Part shown: positions 48,893 through 57,782 of the stretch, in pieces
Position numbering within the stretch: position 1 is the first letter of the stretch
How the letters are laid out: every line of letters starts with the position of its first letter
NCBI GenBank assembly: GCA_017556765.1
Contig: JAFYME010000075.1
Coordinates: 3,752 to 67,751, forward strand
Length of the DNA stretch: 64,000 bases
Direction of reading: 5' to 3'
Source: Bacteroidales bacterium
GTDB taxonomy: Bacteria; Bacteroidota; Bacteroidia; Bacteroidales; UBA932
Notes under the pieces: model-generated
Told to the model about the DNA's origin: nothing
Database searches by the model: none
The model's input: only the letters and a program-made list of their open reading frames with translations
Translations under genes and position numbers: made by a program

Positions 48893-50263
48893 ATGAAAAG
48901 ATTGGCTGTTTTACTGGCAATGGCTGTGTCATTGGCGGCATGTGGAAACGGACGTGAAGGAAACATTGTTCTCGAAGTGGATGTAACGGACCAGGCTTCG
49001 AAGGAGGTCGTGCTTATTTATCATGACCAGATACTGACTGTGGAGCTTGACAGCGTCGGACATGCGGAGTTCGTGATCGACGACGAGGATGCGGTATATG
49101 CGAGGATGTGTCATTATCCGCGTGTCGACCAGATGATGAATGTTTATCTGGAGAGAGGCGACAGGGCATCTGTAAGCTTCAGCGGCAAGGATTTCAAGGG
49201 AACTTTCGCTTTTGAGGGAGAGATGGAGCCCGCTGTGAAATATCTCAACACAGTCGTGCTGACGGCTCTTCCTGACGAGGATTATGCCCTTCCTTTTGAT
49301 GAGTATGTCAAGAAACTTGAAAAGAAAGAGGCTGAGGCAGTGAAGCTGCTTGAGGCCAGCGGTGTTTCAAAGGCCGGAAACTTCGAGGAAATCGAGAAGG
49401 GAAGGATAAGGTATTCATATGCAACTCAGCTTCTTATGTATCCGCTGGGCCATAGGTTCATGGTGCAGGATATGAATTATCAGCCGGATCAGAAATATTA
49501 TGATGTGCTGGATACATATGTCGTTGCCGATGACCTTCTGGCAGATCTTGACCAGTATCGTGAATTCATTGCGGAAGCGGCCCATGTGCTTGATGCGGAT
49601 AACAGGGATGAGACTGCGGCATATCCAAGGGCTGTCGCTCAGATGAGGTTCATTGCAGACAGGTTTGAGGCGGGAAAGACGAGGGATGTCCTTCTCCACA
49701 GGCTTGCAAATGCGTATGTGACCCGATTCGGCATCGAAGATATCCAGGACATGGAGAACGTATACAGGACATATGTGCAGGATCCGGTTTTGGTTGCGAA
49801 GTATGATGCTGCACGCGAGAAATGGAATCTCGCAAGCGTAGGCAAGCCTTCACCTGATTTCAAGGGTGTGGATGTCAATGGAAAGGAATATACATTGGCT
49901 GATTTCAGAGGAAAGTATGTGTATATCGATGTATGGGCTACATGGTGCGGTCCGTGCAGACAGGAGATCCCGTATCTGAAGAAGCTTGACGAGGATTACA
50001 AGGACGCTCAGATCGTGTTCCTGAGCCTTTCTGTCGATCAGGACAAGGCCAAGTGGGAGAAGATGGTGAAGGAGCAGTCGATGAGCGGAGTTCAGCTCCA
50101 TATCGGCCAGAACAGTTCCTTCCAGCAGGCTTACAAGATCGAAGGCATTCCTCATTTCATCCTGCTTGACAGGGAAGGAAGGATTATCGACAAGAAGATG
50201 TCGCGTCCGTCGATGGATGAGGTTACAAGGGAAAGAATAGAAAATCTTGAAGGAATAAGATAG
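48893..50263 (+). CDS. TlpA family thiol-disulfide oxidoreductase lipoprotein
   Basis: Lipobox LAAC; GKPSPDF, YIDVWATWCGPC and GIPHFILLDREG. Confidence 0.93.
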   Translation: MKRLAVLLAMAVSLAACGNGREGNIVLEVDVTDQASKEVVLIYHDQILTVELDSVGHAEFVIDDEDAVYARMCHYPRVDQMMNVYLERGDRASVSFSGKDFKGTFAFEGEMEPAVKYLNTVVLTALPDEDYALPFDEYVKKLEKKEAEAVKLLEASGVSKAGNFEEIEKGRIRYSYATQLLMYPLGHRFMVQDMNYQPDQKYYDVLDTYVVADDLLADLDQYREFIAEAAHVLDADNRDETAAYPRAVAQMRFIADRFEAGKTRDVLLHRLANAYVTRFGIEDIQDMENVYRTYVQDPVLVAKYDAAREKWNLASVGKPSPDFKGVDVNGKEYTLADFRGKYVYIDVWATWCGPCRQEIPYLKKLDEDYKDAQIVFLSLSVDQDKAKWEKMVKEQSMSGVQLHIGQNSSFQQAYKIEGIPHFILLDREGRIIDKKMSRPSMDEVTRERIENLEGIR

Positions 50264-50265
50264 AC

Positions 50266-51591
50266 ATGAGGAGATTTCTGACGATATTGGCTTGCTTGAT
50301 GCTGGCTCTATCATGTGTGGACAGCAAGACGGGAGGTCAGACTGAGATCGTGACCGATCCGGTTTCTGAGTGCGTTGTGCCGGAAACGGTACGCTGCGGC
50401 GATGATGTGATCCTGCAGTGGAACGGCTTCGGACAGATGGCTTCTATCGTCATGCGTTCGTCTTCAGGAGAGGAGATTGTAGCGGAGATAAGTGTCATAA
50501 CCGCTTCCGGACTCATCTTCAATGTGCCCTACACCATGCTTCCGGGCATATATGACATAGTGTTGGTGCAGGATGGCGAGTTTACTCTGGGACAGATAGA
50601 GGTTCTGCCTCCAGATATCCCGGTAAGCGGTATTTCCATGCCTTTTTCGGCCTTGGCTGAGGAGGTTATCCTGATCAAAGGTATGGGATTCGATTCGTCT
50701 TCAAGGATCGTCTTTTTAGCATTGGACGGAGCGGAATATGAAATCGTTCCAGAGTATGTTGCAGGCGGTCTCAGTATCTCTCTTCCGGATTCTCTGCCGG
50801 AGGGAGAATATGCTGTCGTTTTGCTGCAGGATGGGTACAGATGGACTATATGTGAGTCATTCCAGCTGATGTCTGTTGCCCGTACATTGGCTTATGTGGC
50901 CTATCAGGGCCCGTACATGGGTACGACGCAGGTAAGGTACACATGGACGGTGATTGATGAAGAACCGCTCAGAATCGTGCTTTCCGAGGCTCTTGTCGAG
51001 GCTGACGGAAGCATGGAAGAAGGTTCATATGATGAATATACGGCAGTTTCAGAATATGCTTTTGAACTGACATCTGACGGTTTTGAGATGTCCAATGACC
51101 TTGAAATGTCATACAATCAGGATCCGGACGGACGTGTGATGACTTCAGATGTTCTTGTATACGGCAACTCAAGCCCTACGGAATTTGCATGGACATACGA
51201 TCCCGACGGATATCTGACAGAGGTCACATACGAATCAAAATCAGGATTGAGGACATTCAGAAGTCTCTTTTATGAGAGCGGAAATCTGATCCAGTTCAGA
51301 AATACGATGTTCAGTTATGATGATGCTTCACTGAAGAACCATCCGGATGCTCCGGATGTTGTGTGGGGATACATGTCCGTGATGGAGAAGTTTGATCCGT
51401 TCCTCTATTTCCCTTACTTCTTCGGCTGGTACGACAAGACTTCGTCAGCACTTCCAACTTCAATGACCATATCATCGGGAACAGGCACAGTGACCCTTCC
51501 GCTGACCTATATCTTCGACGAAGAAGGTTATGTCACCGAAATGAAATGGACAGACGGAGGAAGCAACAAGGTAATGTTCACATACAGATAA
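50266..51591 (+). CDS. Hypothetical lipoprotein (two Ig-like repeats and a beta-rich C-terminal domain)
   Basis: Lipobox LSC; repeated ILxxxGF...PGxYxxVLxQDG; YDPDGYL and FDEEGYV segments. Confidence 0.7.
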   Translation: MRRFLTILACLMLALSCVDSKTGGQTEIVTDPVSECVVPETVRCGDDVILQWNGFGQMASIVMRSSSGEEIVAEISVITASGLIFNVPYTMLPGIYDIVLVQDGEFTLGQIEVLPPDIPVSGISMPFSALAEEVILIKGMGFDSSSRIVFLALDGAEYEIVPEYVAGGLSISLPDSLPEGEYAVVLLQDGYRWTICESFQLMSVARTLAYVAYQGPYMGTTQVRYTWTVIDEEPLRIVLSEALVEADGSMEEGSYDEYTAVSEYAFELTSDGFEMSNDLEMSYNQDPDGRVMTSDVLVYGNSSPTEFAWTYDPDGYLTEVTYESKSGLRTFRSLFYESGNLIQFRNTMFSYDDASLKNHPDAPDVVWGYMSVMEKFDPFLYFPYFFGWYDKTSSALPTSMTISSGTGTVTLPLTYIFDEEGYVTEMKWTDGGSNKVMFTYR

Positions 51592-51607
51592 GCAAAGAGC
51601 TTACGCC

Positions 51608-51768
51608 GGGAGGATGGTATGGATTGCGGAGGACTCCGTTCGCTTCGCTCACTCCGGCCCCTCCCACAATCTACTTCGTCCCGCTATCGCGGAACTCGTA
51701 TCTTGCGGGCCCCTCCCCCTGCCCGTGTCCGGGGGTGGACACGCCTCCGCAATCCATACCGTCCTCCC
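51608..51768. repeat. Palindromic element, copy C, between convergent genes
   Basis: 25-bp arms GGGAGGATGGTATGGATTGCGGAGG and CCTCCGCAATCCATACCGTCCTCCC; core CCCCTCCCAC...GCGGGCCCCTCCCCCTG...GGGGG shared with the truB copy. Confidence 0.85.
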
Positions 51769-51854
51769 TCCTGAAAATACCGCATAAAATATGGCTATTC
51801 TTTTGATAGTCATTCTTTACACTATCTCCGCTCCTACCAATAACTATATACGAA

Positions 51855-51888
51855 AAGAGGATGGCTATTAAGTCTTAGCCATCCTCTT
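51855..51888 (-). terminator. Terminator for the LysM gene
   Basis: AAGAGGATGGCTA-N8-TAGCCATCCTCTT with a short T-run on the minus strand. Confidence 0.75.
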
Positions 51889-51892
51889 CTGT

Positions 51893-53581
51893 TTATCTGA
51901 CTTGGTTTACTGACCAGTCGTTTCCGTAGACTATTCGTCTTACGCCTGTGTTTATGTAACCTTGGTCTTCCTTCCTGCTGCACTTGAATGTGCTCTGGAG
52001 CATAGACATCTCCTCGCTGTCTATCTTCGACGGCCATCTGTCTCCGTATCTCGAGAACAGTCTGATGAAGTAGTTTGCTATGTCGTAGCCCTGGAATGCG
52101 AACTGTGAAGGCTCTGCATTGTAGAGAGCTCTGTACTTCATTATGAAGTCCATGACCTTCTTGTCAGAGTAGTCGATATAGTAGCCGAGGCTTACATGAA
52201 GCTTCGTATTGTGGAAATTCTCGACCTCGATGGTTTCGAAGCTTCTGATCTTCGAAGGAGCATAAAGTACGATATCCAACTTCTTGTGGATCAGGAGATT
52301 CAGGTTTCTGACCACATCGTTTACAAATGCTTCGCTTTCAGACGCTATCAAGACTCTGTTTGTGCCGTTCTCGGTCATGAGCCTTGTCAGCGGGTCTGTC
52401 ACATTTCTTCCTTCAAGGATGCTGTATGAGAACGGGCTGTAGCTGATGCCGGTAGAATCAATCGCAGCTGTCATGAGACTTACCGCTTCGTTTGCTCTCG
52501 CTCCTTTCTCGGTGATCACGATTACCCTGTCTGTAGATTTCTTGTCTTCCTTTATCCATGCTGCAAGATCCTCATACTGGAGCTTGTGCGGAACGGGAGC
52601 CTGGATCATGTTCCCGTGGGTTGCGACAAGTGACTCAGCCCTTGGGTCAAGCGGTGAGATTACTGCCTTTGCATCAGGAGCAGTATCGAATACACGTCCG
52701 AGATCTCCTGAAGAGATCGGACCTATCACAAGGTCGCTGCTCTCAAGTCTCTCCTTTGTCACAGGGAAGTTTCCGTCGGCGACATCATATACGCTGAGTT
52801 CGGTCTTCACGCCTTCCTCTGCAAGGTCATATGTTGCAAGGAGAACTCCTGAATAGAAGTCCATGTTGTTCTGACTGCTTGAGCTTCCTGTAGCCTTGAG
52901 CGGCAGGAGAAGGGACACTGATACCTCTCTGTTCGGGAACAACCATCCGAAATCGGCCTTATCTTCTTCAGCAGGAACCTCTTCCTGAACCTCATCGGCT
53001 TCTGTCTCGGCCGCAGCTGCCTCTTCTACGATATCGTCGATCTCTGATGTGAAAGGTATGACGAGCTTCTGCTTCTTGCTGAGCTTGCGGCCTTTCAGAC
53101 CGTTCGCCTTCATGATGGCCTCTACGCTGACTCCGTATTTTTCTGCTATGACGTCGAGATCTTCGAACCATTTCACTACATGGATTCTTTCTGCCTTCTG
53201 AGTCTCAGGAGCAGCAGTCTTTGTCTCAGGGGCAGTCTCTGCTGCCTTCTCTGAAGCTGTCACAGTCTGGGTGTCCTGCACGGGAATTATGAGGATGGAG
53301 TTCTTCTTCAGACCTTCTTCCTTTACGGACGGATTGTATCTGTAGATCTCTTCGATGCTTACATTATATGCCTTGCTTATGGAGAACAAGGTCTGACGCT
53401 CAAGCACAACATGCGAATAGCATATCTTGCCGTCAACCCTTACCTTGTCCTTGGATATGGTGACCGGTGTGCTTTCGTATTCCTGAGCTGAAGCTGCTGC
53501 CGGTATGAAGGCAGTCAGTATAAATGCAAGCAGAAGTCTGCTGAACGTCTTCAATACTATATTTCCCATATTCTGTCTCAT
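51893..53581 (-). CDS. LysM-domain protein with a periplasmic-binding-protein-like C-terminal domain
   Basis: Signal peptide; two LysM repeats (HVVLERQTLFSISKAYNVS, HVVKWFEDLDVIAEKYGVS); LLLP, DFYSG, IGP and GYD. Confidence 0.88.
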   Translation of the reverse strand: MRQNMGNIVLKTFSRLLLAFILTAFIPAAASAQEYESTPVTISKDKVRVDGKICYSHVVLERQTLFSISKAYNVSIEEIYRYNPSVKEEGLKKNSILIIPVQDTQTVTASEKAAETAPETKTAAPETQKAERIHVVKWFEDLDVIAEKYGVSVEAIMKANGLKGRKLSKKQKLVIPFTSEIDDIVEEAAAAETEADEVQEEVPAEEDKADFGWLFPNREVSVSLLLPLKATGSSSSQNNMDFYSGVLLATYDLAEEGVKTELSVYDVADGNFPVTKERLESSDLVIGPISSGDLGRVFDTAPDAKAVISPLDPRAESLVATHGNMIQAPVPHKLQYEDLAAWIKEDKKSTDRVIVITEKGARANEAVSLMTAAIDSTGISYSPFSYSILEGRNVTDPLTRLMTENGTNRVLIASESEAFVNDVVRNLNLLIHKKLDIVLYAPSKIRSFETIEVENFHNTKLHVSLGYYIDYSDKKVMDFIMKYRALYNAEPSQFAFQGYDIANYFIRLFSRYGDRWPSKIDSEEMSMLQSTFKCSRKEDQGYINTGVRRIVYGNDWSVNQVR

Positions 53582-53582
53582 A

Positions 53583-54704
53583 TTATAGCTGCCCGATGAA
53601 CTCTGTGAGCTTTTGGACGAAAGTTTTCCATGATAATCTTTCCTTCTCCAGGCGTATGTTAGATATGCAGTTCTGCCTTATTGAAGGGTCTTCGAAGTAT
53701 TTCACTATCTCGTCCTTTATGGCCTCCGGTGTGCCTTCCGATGCCACAAGTCCTGTGCCTCTGTCTCCTATGGTCTCCTTGAGACCGCCGACGTCTGTCA
53801 CGATCATCGGTACTTCGAAGTGGTAGGAGACGGAGCTTATGCCGCTCTGGGTCGCGCTTCTGTATGGAAGCACAGCGACGTCTGCGGCTGAAAAGTAATC
53901 CGTTACCTCAGAGTCCTTTATGTACTTGAGGTTCATGGATATGCGGTCTTTGCCAGAGATCCTGTCAATGATCTCCTGATACTTGTCGAATGAACCGTAA
54001 GGCTCTCCGGCTATGATGAGCTGGTAGTCTTCCGGCAGCATGCCGAATGCCTCCAGGAGGATGTCCAGGCCCTTGTATGTACGGATCAGTCCGAAGAAAA
54101 GTATGTTTTTCTTTCCCGGAGCGAGTCCGAGCTTCTTCTCTGATTCCGCCCTGTCCTTCTTTTCTCCGAAATGAGAGTAGAGAGGATGCTGGATGACAGC
54201 GTAAGGCTTGTCGGGGCTGATCTTGAGAAGGTCTTTCGATACCGCCTCGCAGAGAGTCACGCTTCCGGTGCTGCCCTTGAGGAAGTAGCTTGTCAGAGGG
54301 GTGTCGAAGAAATGCGGCTCATGGGGAATCACATTGTCAAGTATGGAGATCACCTTGCAGCGCTTCTTCATCTTTCTTGTTATGTATCCCAGAGACGGCG
54401 CGAAATACGACATCCAGTATCTGACGATAAGCACGTCAGGGTTCCATTCGCGGATTTCCCTGTATGTGCTTTGGTATGTAAAAGGATTGGCCGTATCCAG
54501 CAGAGATACACTCTCTACCGGTACGGCCTCATCGTCTGCTGTCACAAACTGTGTCTTTCCCGGGAAGAGGAACTCTGGATATTGTCTCTTGAAGTTGAAC
54601 GCTCTGACAACATGTGTTTTGCTCAGTTCACCATAAAGGCATGCGTTAAACTGAGAGATTCCTCCTCGATAGGGGTAGAAACAGGACAGTATTGCTATTT
54701 TCAA
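53583..54704 (-). CDS. Glycosyltransferase family 4
   Basis: PYRGGISQF, FFGLIRTYKGLD, LPYRSATQSG and TDVGGLKE motifs. Confidence 0.92.
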   Translation of the reverse strand: MKIAILSCFYPYRGGISQFNACLYGELSKTHVVRAFNFKRQYPEFLFPGKTQFVTADDEAVPVESVSLLDTANPFTYQSTYREIREWNPDVLIVRYWMSYFAPSLGYITRKMKKRCKVISILDNVIPHEPHFFDTPLTSYFLKGSTGSVTLCEAVSKDLLKISPDKPYAVIQHPLYSHFGEKKDRAESEKKLGLAPGKKNILFFGLIRTYKGLDILLEAFGMLPEDYQLIIAGEPYGSFDKYQEIIDRISGKDRISMNLKYIKDSEVTDYFSAADVAVLPYRSATQSGISSVSYHFEVPMIVTDVGGLKETIGDRGTGLVASEGTPEAIKDEIVKYFEDPSIRQNCISNIRLEKERLSWKTFVQKLTEFIGQL

Positions 54705-54707
54705 TTA

Positions 54708-55322
54708 TTACTCGCTTTTCTGGTTCTTTGTCTTGATGTACTCCTCGTTGAGTCCTGCAAGAACAGCCTCAGTGATGTCAAGGTTTGCATCAGCTGTGAT
54801 TACAGGGGCTCCGCCTGAGTTTGTAAGGATCATTGCGTACTGCTTCTCCTCGTTGTACTTGTTGATGAAAGTCTGGATAGCGTCGCCGAGCTGGTTCATC
54901 ATCACTACCTGCTCCTCGTTGATCTCCTGCTGCTTCTGAGCTGCGTAGTTGTTGAACTCAATCTCCTGCTCCTGAAGCTTCTGGCCCTGAACCTCAGCTA
55001 CCGAACGTGTCATCAGACCCTTCTGGATCTTCTCCTGATATGCTGCTACTTCCTTCTCGAGCTTCTGGCCTCTTCTGTTCACCTCAGCCTGGATGTTCTG
55101 AACCTTTGTCTCCACAACTGATCTGAGGTCGTTTGCCATGTCATACTCCATGAGGATTCTGTCGAGGTCTACATAAACGATGTCGCCCTTCTGAGCTGCC
55201 TCAGTGGCTGCTTCTTCTGTTGCCGGCTCTGCCTGCTTTCCTCCTTTTGTAAGGGTGAGGACTCCGAATACTACAACAGCGATCAATGAAATGACGCTGA
55301 GGATAAGTGATGTGTTTTTCAT
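54708..55322 (-). CDS. OmpH/Skp family protein, membrane anchored
   Basis: IVYVDLDRIL, Q/E-rich coiled coil and LDITEAVLAGLN; TATCTTTG box at 55354-55361. Confidence 0.88.
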   Translation of the reverse strand: MKNTSLILSVISLIAVVVFGVLTLTKGGKQAEPATEEAATEAAQKGDIVYVDLDRILMEYDMANDLRSVVETKVQNIQAEVNRRGQKLEKEVAAYQEKIQKGLMTRSVAEVQGQKLQEQEIEFNNYAAQKQQEINEEQVVMMNQLGDAIQTFINKYNEEKQYAMILTNSGGAPVITADANLDITEAVLAGLNEEYIKTKNQKSE

Positions 55323-55362
55323 TTTATTGTTTTAATTTATTTATTATAACATGCAAAGATAA

Positions 55363-56082
55363 TTAAAAAATCTTAACTTTCGAGAGATAAGCCTTTATTG
55401 TTTGCTCGAGGCCCATGTACAGCGCGTCGCAGACTATGGCGTGGCCTATGGAAACCTCGTCTGTCCATGGTATGCTTCTGATGAAGAATTCGAGGTTGTC
55501 AAGGTTCAGGTCATGGCCGGCATTCAGCCCCAGACCGCACTCCCTGGCCATTTCTGCGGCCTTTACGAACGGAGCTACGGCAGCATCCCTGTCCTTCGGG
55601 AAGAGGTCTGCATATGGTTCCGTGAAAAGCTCGACTCTGTCACATCCGCATAAAGCCGCACCCTCGACCATTGCCGGATCTGCTCCTACGAAGATCGATG
55701 TCCTTATGCCATGTCTTCTGAATTCTGCACATACTTCGGTCAGGAAACTCCTGTTCGCAATTGTGTCCCATCCGGCGTTTGATGTGATCGCATTTTCTGC
55801 GTCCGGCACGAGTGTCACCTGGTGAGGAAGAGTCTCGATCACAAGGTTAATGAATGACGGGATCGGATTTCCTTCGATGTTGAATTCTGTGGTTACCAGA
55901 GGCTTGATCTCCCTTACGTCGGAGTATCTTATGTGCCTTTCATCCGGTCTCGGATGTACCGTGATGCCTTCTGCACCGAATCTTTCGCAGTCTGCTGCCG
56001 CCTTTGCGACATTCGGCATGTTTCCGCCCCTGGCGTTTCTGATCGTAGCGATCTTGTTTATGTTGACGCTGAGTCTAGTCAT
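55363..56082 (-). CDS. pdxJ: Pyridoxine 5'-phosphate synthase
   Basis: [32 protein letters not shown] and EVSIGHA motifs; start moved to ATG 56082. Confidence 0.96.
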   Translation of the reverse strand: MTRLSVNINKIATIRNARGGNMPNVAKAAADCERFGAEGITVHPRPDERHIRYSDVREIKPLVTTEFNIEGNPIPSFINLVIETLPHQVTLVPDAENAITSNAGWDTIANRSFLTEVCAEFRRHGIRTSIFVGADPAMVEGAALCGCDRVELFTEPYADLFPKDRDAAVAPFVKAAEMARECGLGLNAGHDLNLDNLEFFIRSIPWTDEVSIGHAIVCDALYMGLEQTIKAYLSKVKIF

Positions 56083-56191
56083 TTCTCCATTCATGTTTAT
56101 ACAAACCACAAAATTATATAATAAACTTCAATTTTTGATATTTAATGTCTATTTTTGAGGCCCGATTTCATCTTTCGGGCGATTATTGAAT

Positions 56192-57010
56192 ATGAAGACA
56201 GCTATATACATAGGCAAGAGAGAAGCCGAAGCTGAAAAGGGGCTCTCCGAGCTTTGGAACGAACTCAGGGCCGGCGGCTGCGAACTCAGCTTCCTTGAGG
56301 ACGGGGAAGAGCCGCATGAAGATACCGACATGCTTCTGAGCGTGGGCGGCGACGGTTCGTTCCTGTCTGCTTCAAAGCTTGTGGCCGGAAAGGATATTCC
56401 GGTCATGGGGGTGAATCTGGGACGACTGGGGTTCCTTTCGGAGAACCGTCCGGCTGCTGTTGCGGCGGCGATGCTCTCAGGGGAATATACCGTCGAAAGC
56501 CGTGCCATGCTCAGGACAGACGTGCATACGGGAAATGATGCCATAGATTCGTGGCCATATGCGTTGAATGAATTCACGGTACACAGGGCCGGCGCAGCCA
56601 TGCTTGGCGTGGATGTCACGCTTGACGGTGTGCAGCTGCCTACATACTGGGCTGACGGACTCATAATCTCTACAAGCTCCGGTTCTACGGCATATTCACT
56701 CAGCGCAGGTGGGCCGATCGTGCTCCCGGAGTCAAGGGTCCTTATCGTTTCGCCGATAGCTCCGCACAACCTCAATGTGCGTCCTCTTGTCGTGCCGGAT
56801 TCGACACAGATCGTGCTCAGGATGCATTCCAGAGATGAAAAAGTAGTCTTCACAGCAGATAACAGGACGGCTCTCATTCCGTCCGATACGGAGATCGGAA
56901 TAGGTGTGGCACAGTTTTCGCTAAAGCGTGTCCAGCTTAACAGATCCAACTTTATTGACGCCCTTACAGAGAAACTCTTCTGGGGCGAAGACGTCAGAAA
57001 CATCAAATAG
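56192..57010 (+). CDS. nadK: NAD(+) kinase
   Basis: GGDGSFL, GVNLGRLGFL, NE, ADG and GSTAYSLSAGGP motifs. Confidence 0.95.
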   Translation: MKTAIYIGKREAEAEKGLSELWNELRAGGCELSFLEDGEEPHEDTDMLLSVGGDGSFLSASKLVAGKDIPVMGVNLGRLGFLSENRPAAVAAAMLSGEYTVESRAMLRTDVHTGNDAIDSWPYALNEFTVHRAGAAMLGVDVTLDGVQLPTYWADGLIISTSSGSTAYSLSAGGPIVLPESRVLIVSPIAPHNLNVRPLVVPDSTQIVLRMHSRDEKVVFTADNRTALIPSDTEIGIGVAQFSLKRVQLNRSNFIDALTEKLFWGEDVRNIK

Positions 57011-57015
57011 TTATT

Positions 57016-57744
57016 ATGTCTACAGAAACTATGACCAATATACCGGTGCATGTGTCGCTCATCATGGACGGCAACGGCCGTTGGGCGAAGGAGAGGGGAA
57101 AGGAAAGGGTCTACGGCCATTTCGAAGGCGTGGGAAGCGTGCGTGCATGCGTCGAAGCATCTGTTGAATATGGGGTGAAATACCTCTCGCTATATGCTTT
57201 TTCAGAAGAAAACTGGAATCGTCCTCAGGAGGAAGTCGATACGCTTATGGGCCTGATGGTCAAGGCAATGGCCGATGAGATGGACAGTCTTGACAAGAAT
57301 GGTGTACGTTTTCTCGTGCTGGGAAACAGGGCCCGTCTTGCTGATGAACTCAATGCGACCATAGACAGCTGCATGGAGCGTACCAAGGACAACAAGACGC
57401 TGACCCTGATCATCTTCCTGAGCTATAGCGGAAAGTGGGATATCCTTCAGGCTGCCAGAAAGATGGCGGAGGAGATGGCTGCAAGCCCTGAGCGCCGTCA
57501 GGAGATAGAGGAGATGGGAGTCGATGGCTTTGACAGATATCTTGTGACTGCAGGGGTTCCTGACCCTGACCTTATCGTCAGAACTTCCGGTGAAAGCCGC
57601 CTGAGCAACTATCTTCTTTGGCAGGGAGCATACTCCGAATTGCTTTTTGTCGATACCCTTTGGCCGGATTTCAGGAAGGAAGAGTTTCGTAAAGCGTTGG
57701 AATCGTACGCAAAACGTGACCGACGTTATGGAAAAGTCAAATAA
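57016..57744 (+). CDS. uppS: Undecaprenyl diphosphate synthase
   Basis: IMDGNGRWA, YAFSEENWNRP, PDLIVRTSGESRLSNYLLWQ and WPDF motifs. Confidence 0.97.
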   Translation: MSTETMTNIPVHVSLIMDGNGRWAKERGKERVYGHFEGVGSVRACVEASVEYGVKYLSLYAFSEENWNRPQEEVDTLMGLMVKAMADEMDSLDKNGVRFLVLGNRARLADELNATIDSCMERTKDNKTLTLIIFLSYSGKWDILQAARKMAEEMAASPERRQEIEEMGVDGFDRYLVTAGVPDPDLIVRTSGESRLSNYLLWQGAYSELLFVDTLWPDFRKEEFRKALESYAKRDRRYGKVK

Positions 57745-57782
57745 TTACGTATATTTGCAGTTTTGAAATTAAGGGAATAGAG

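Noticed and set aside
51546-51806. 86-aa ORF over palindromic element C
   Set aside because: A Pro-rich chance frame across the GC-rich repeat that also overlaps the end of the upstream gene.
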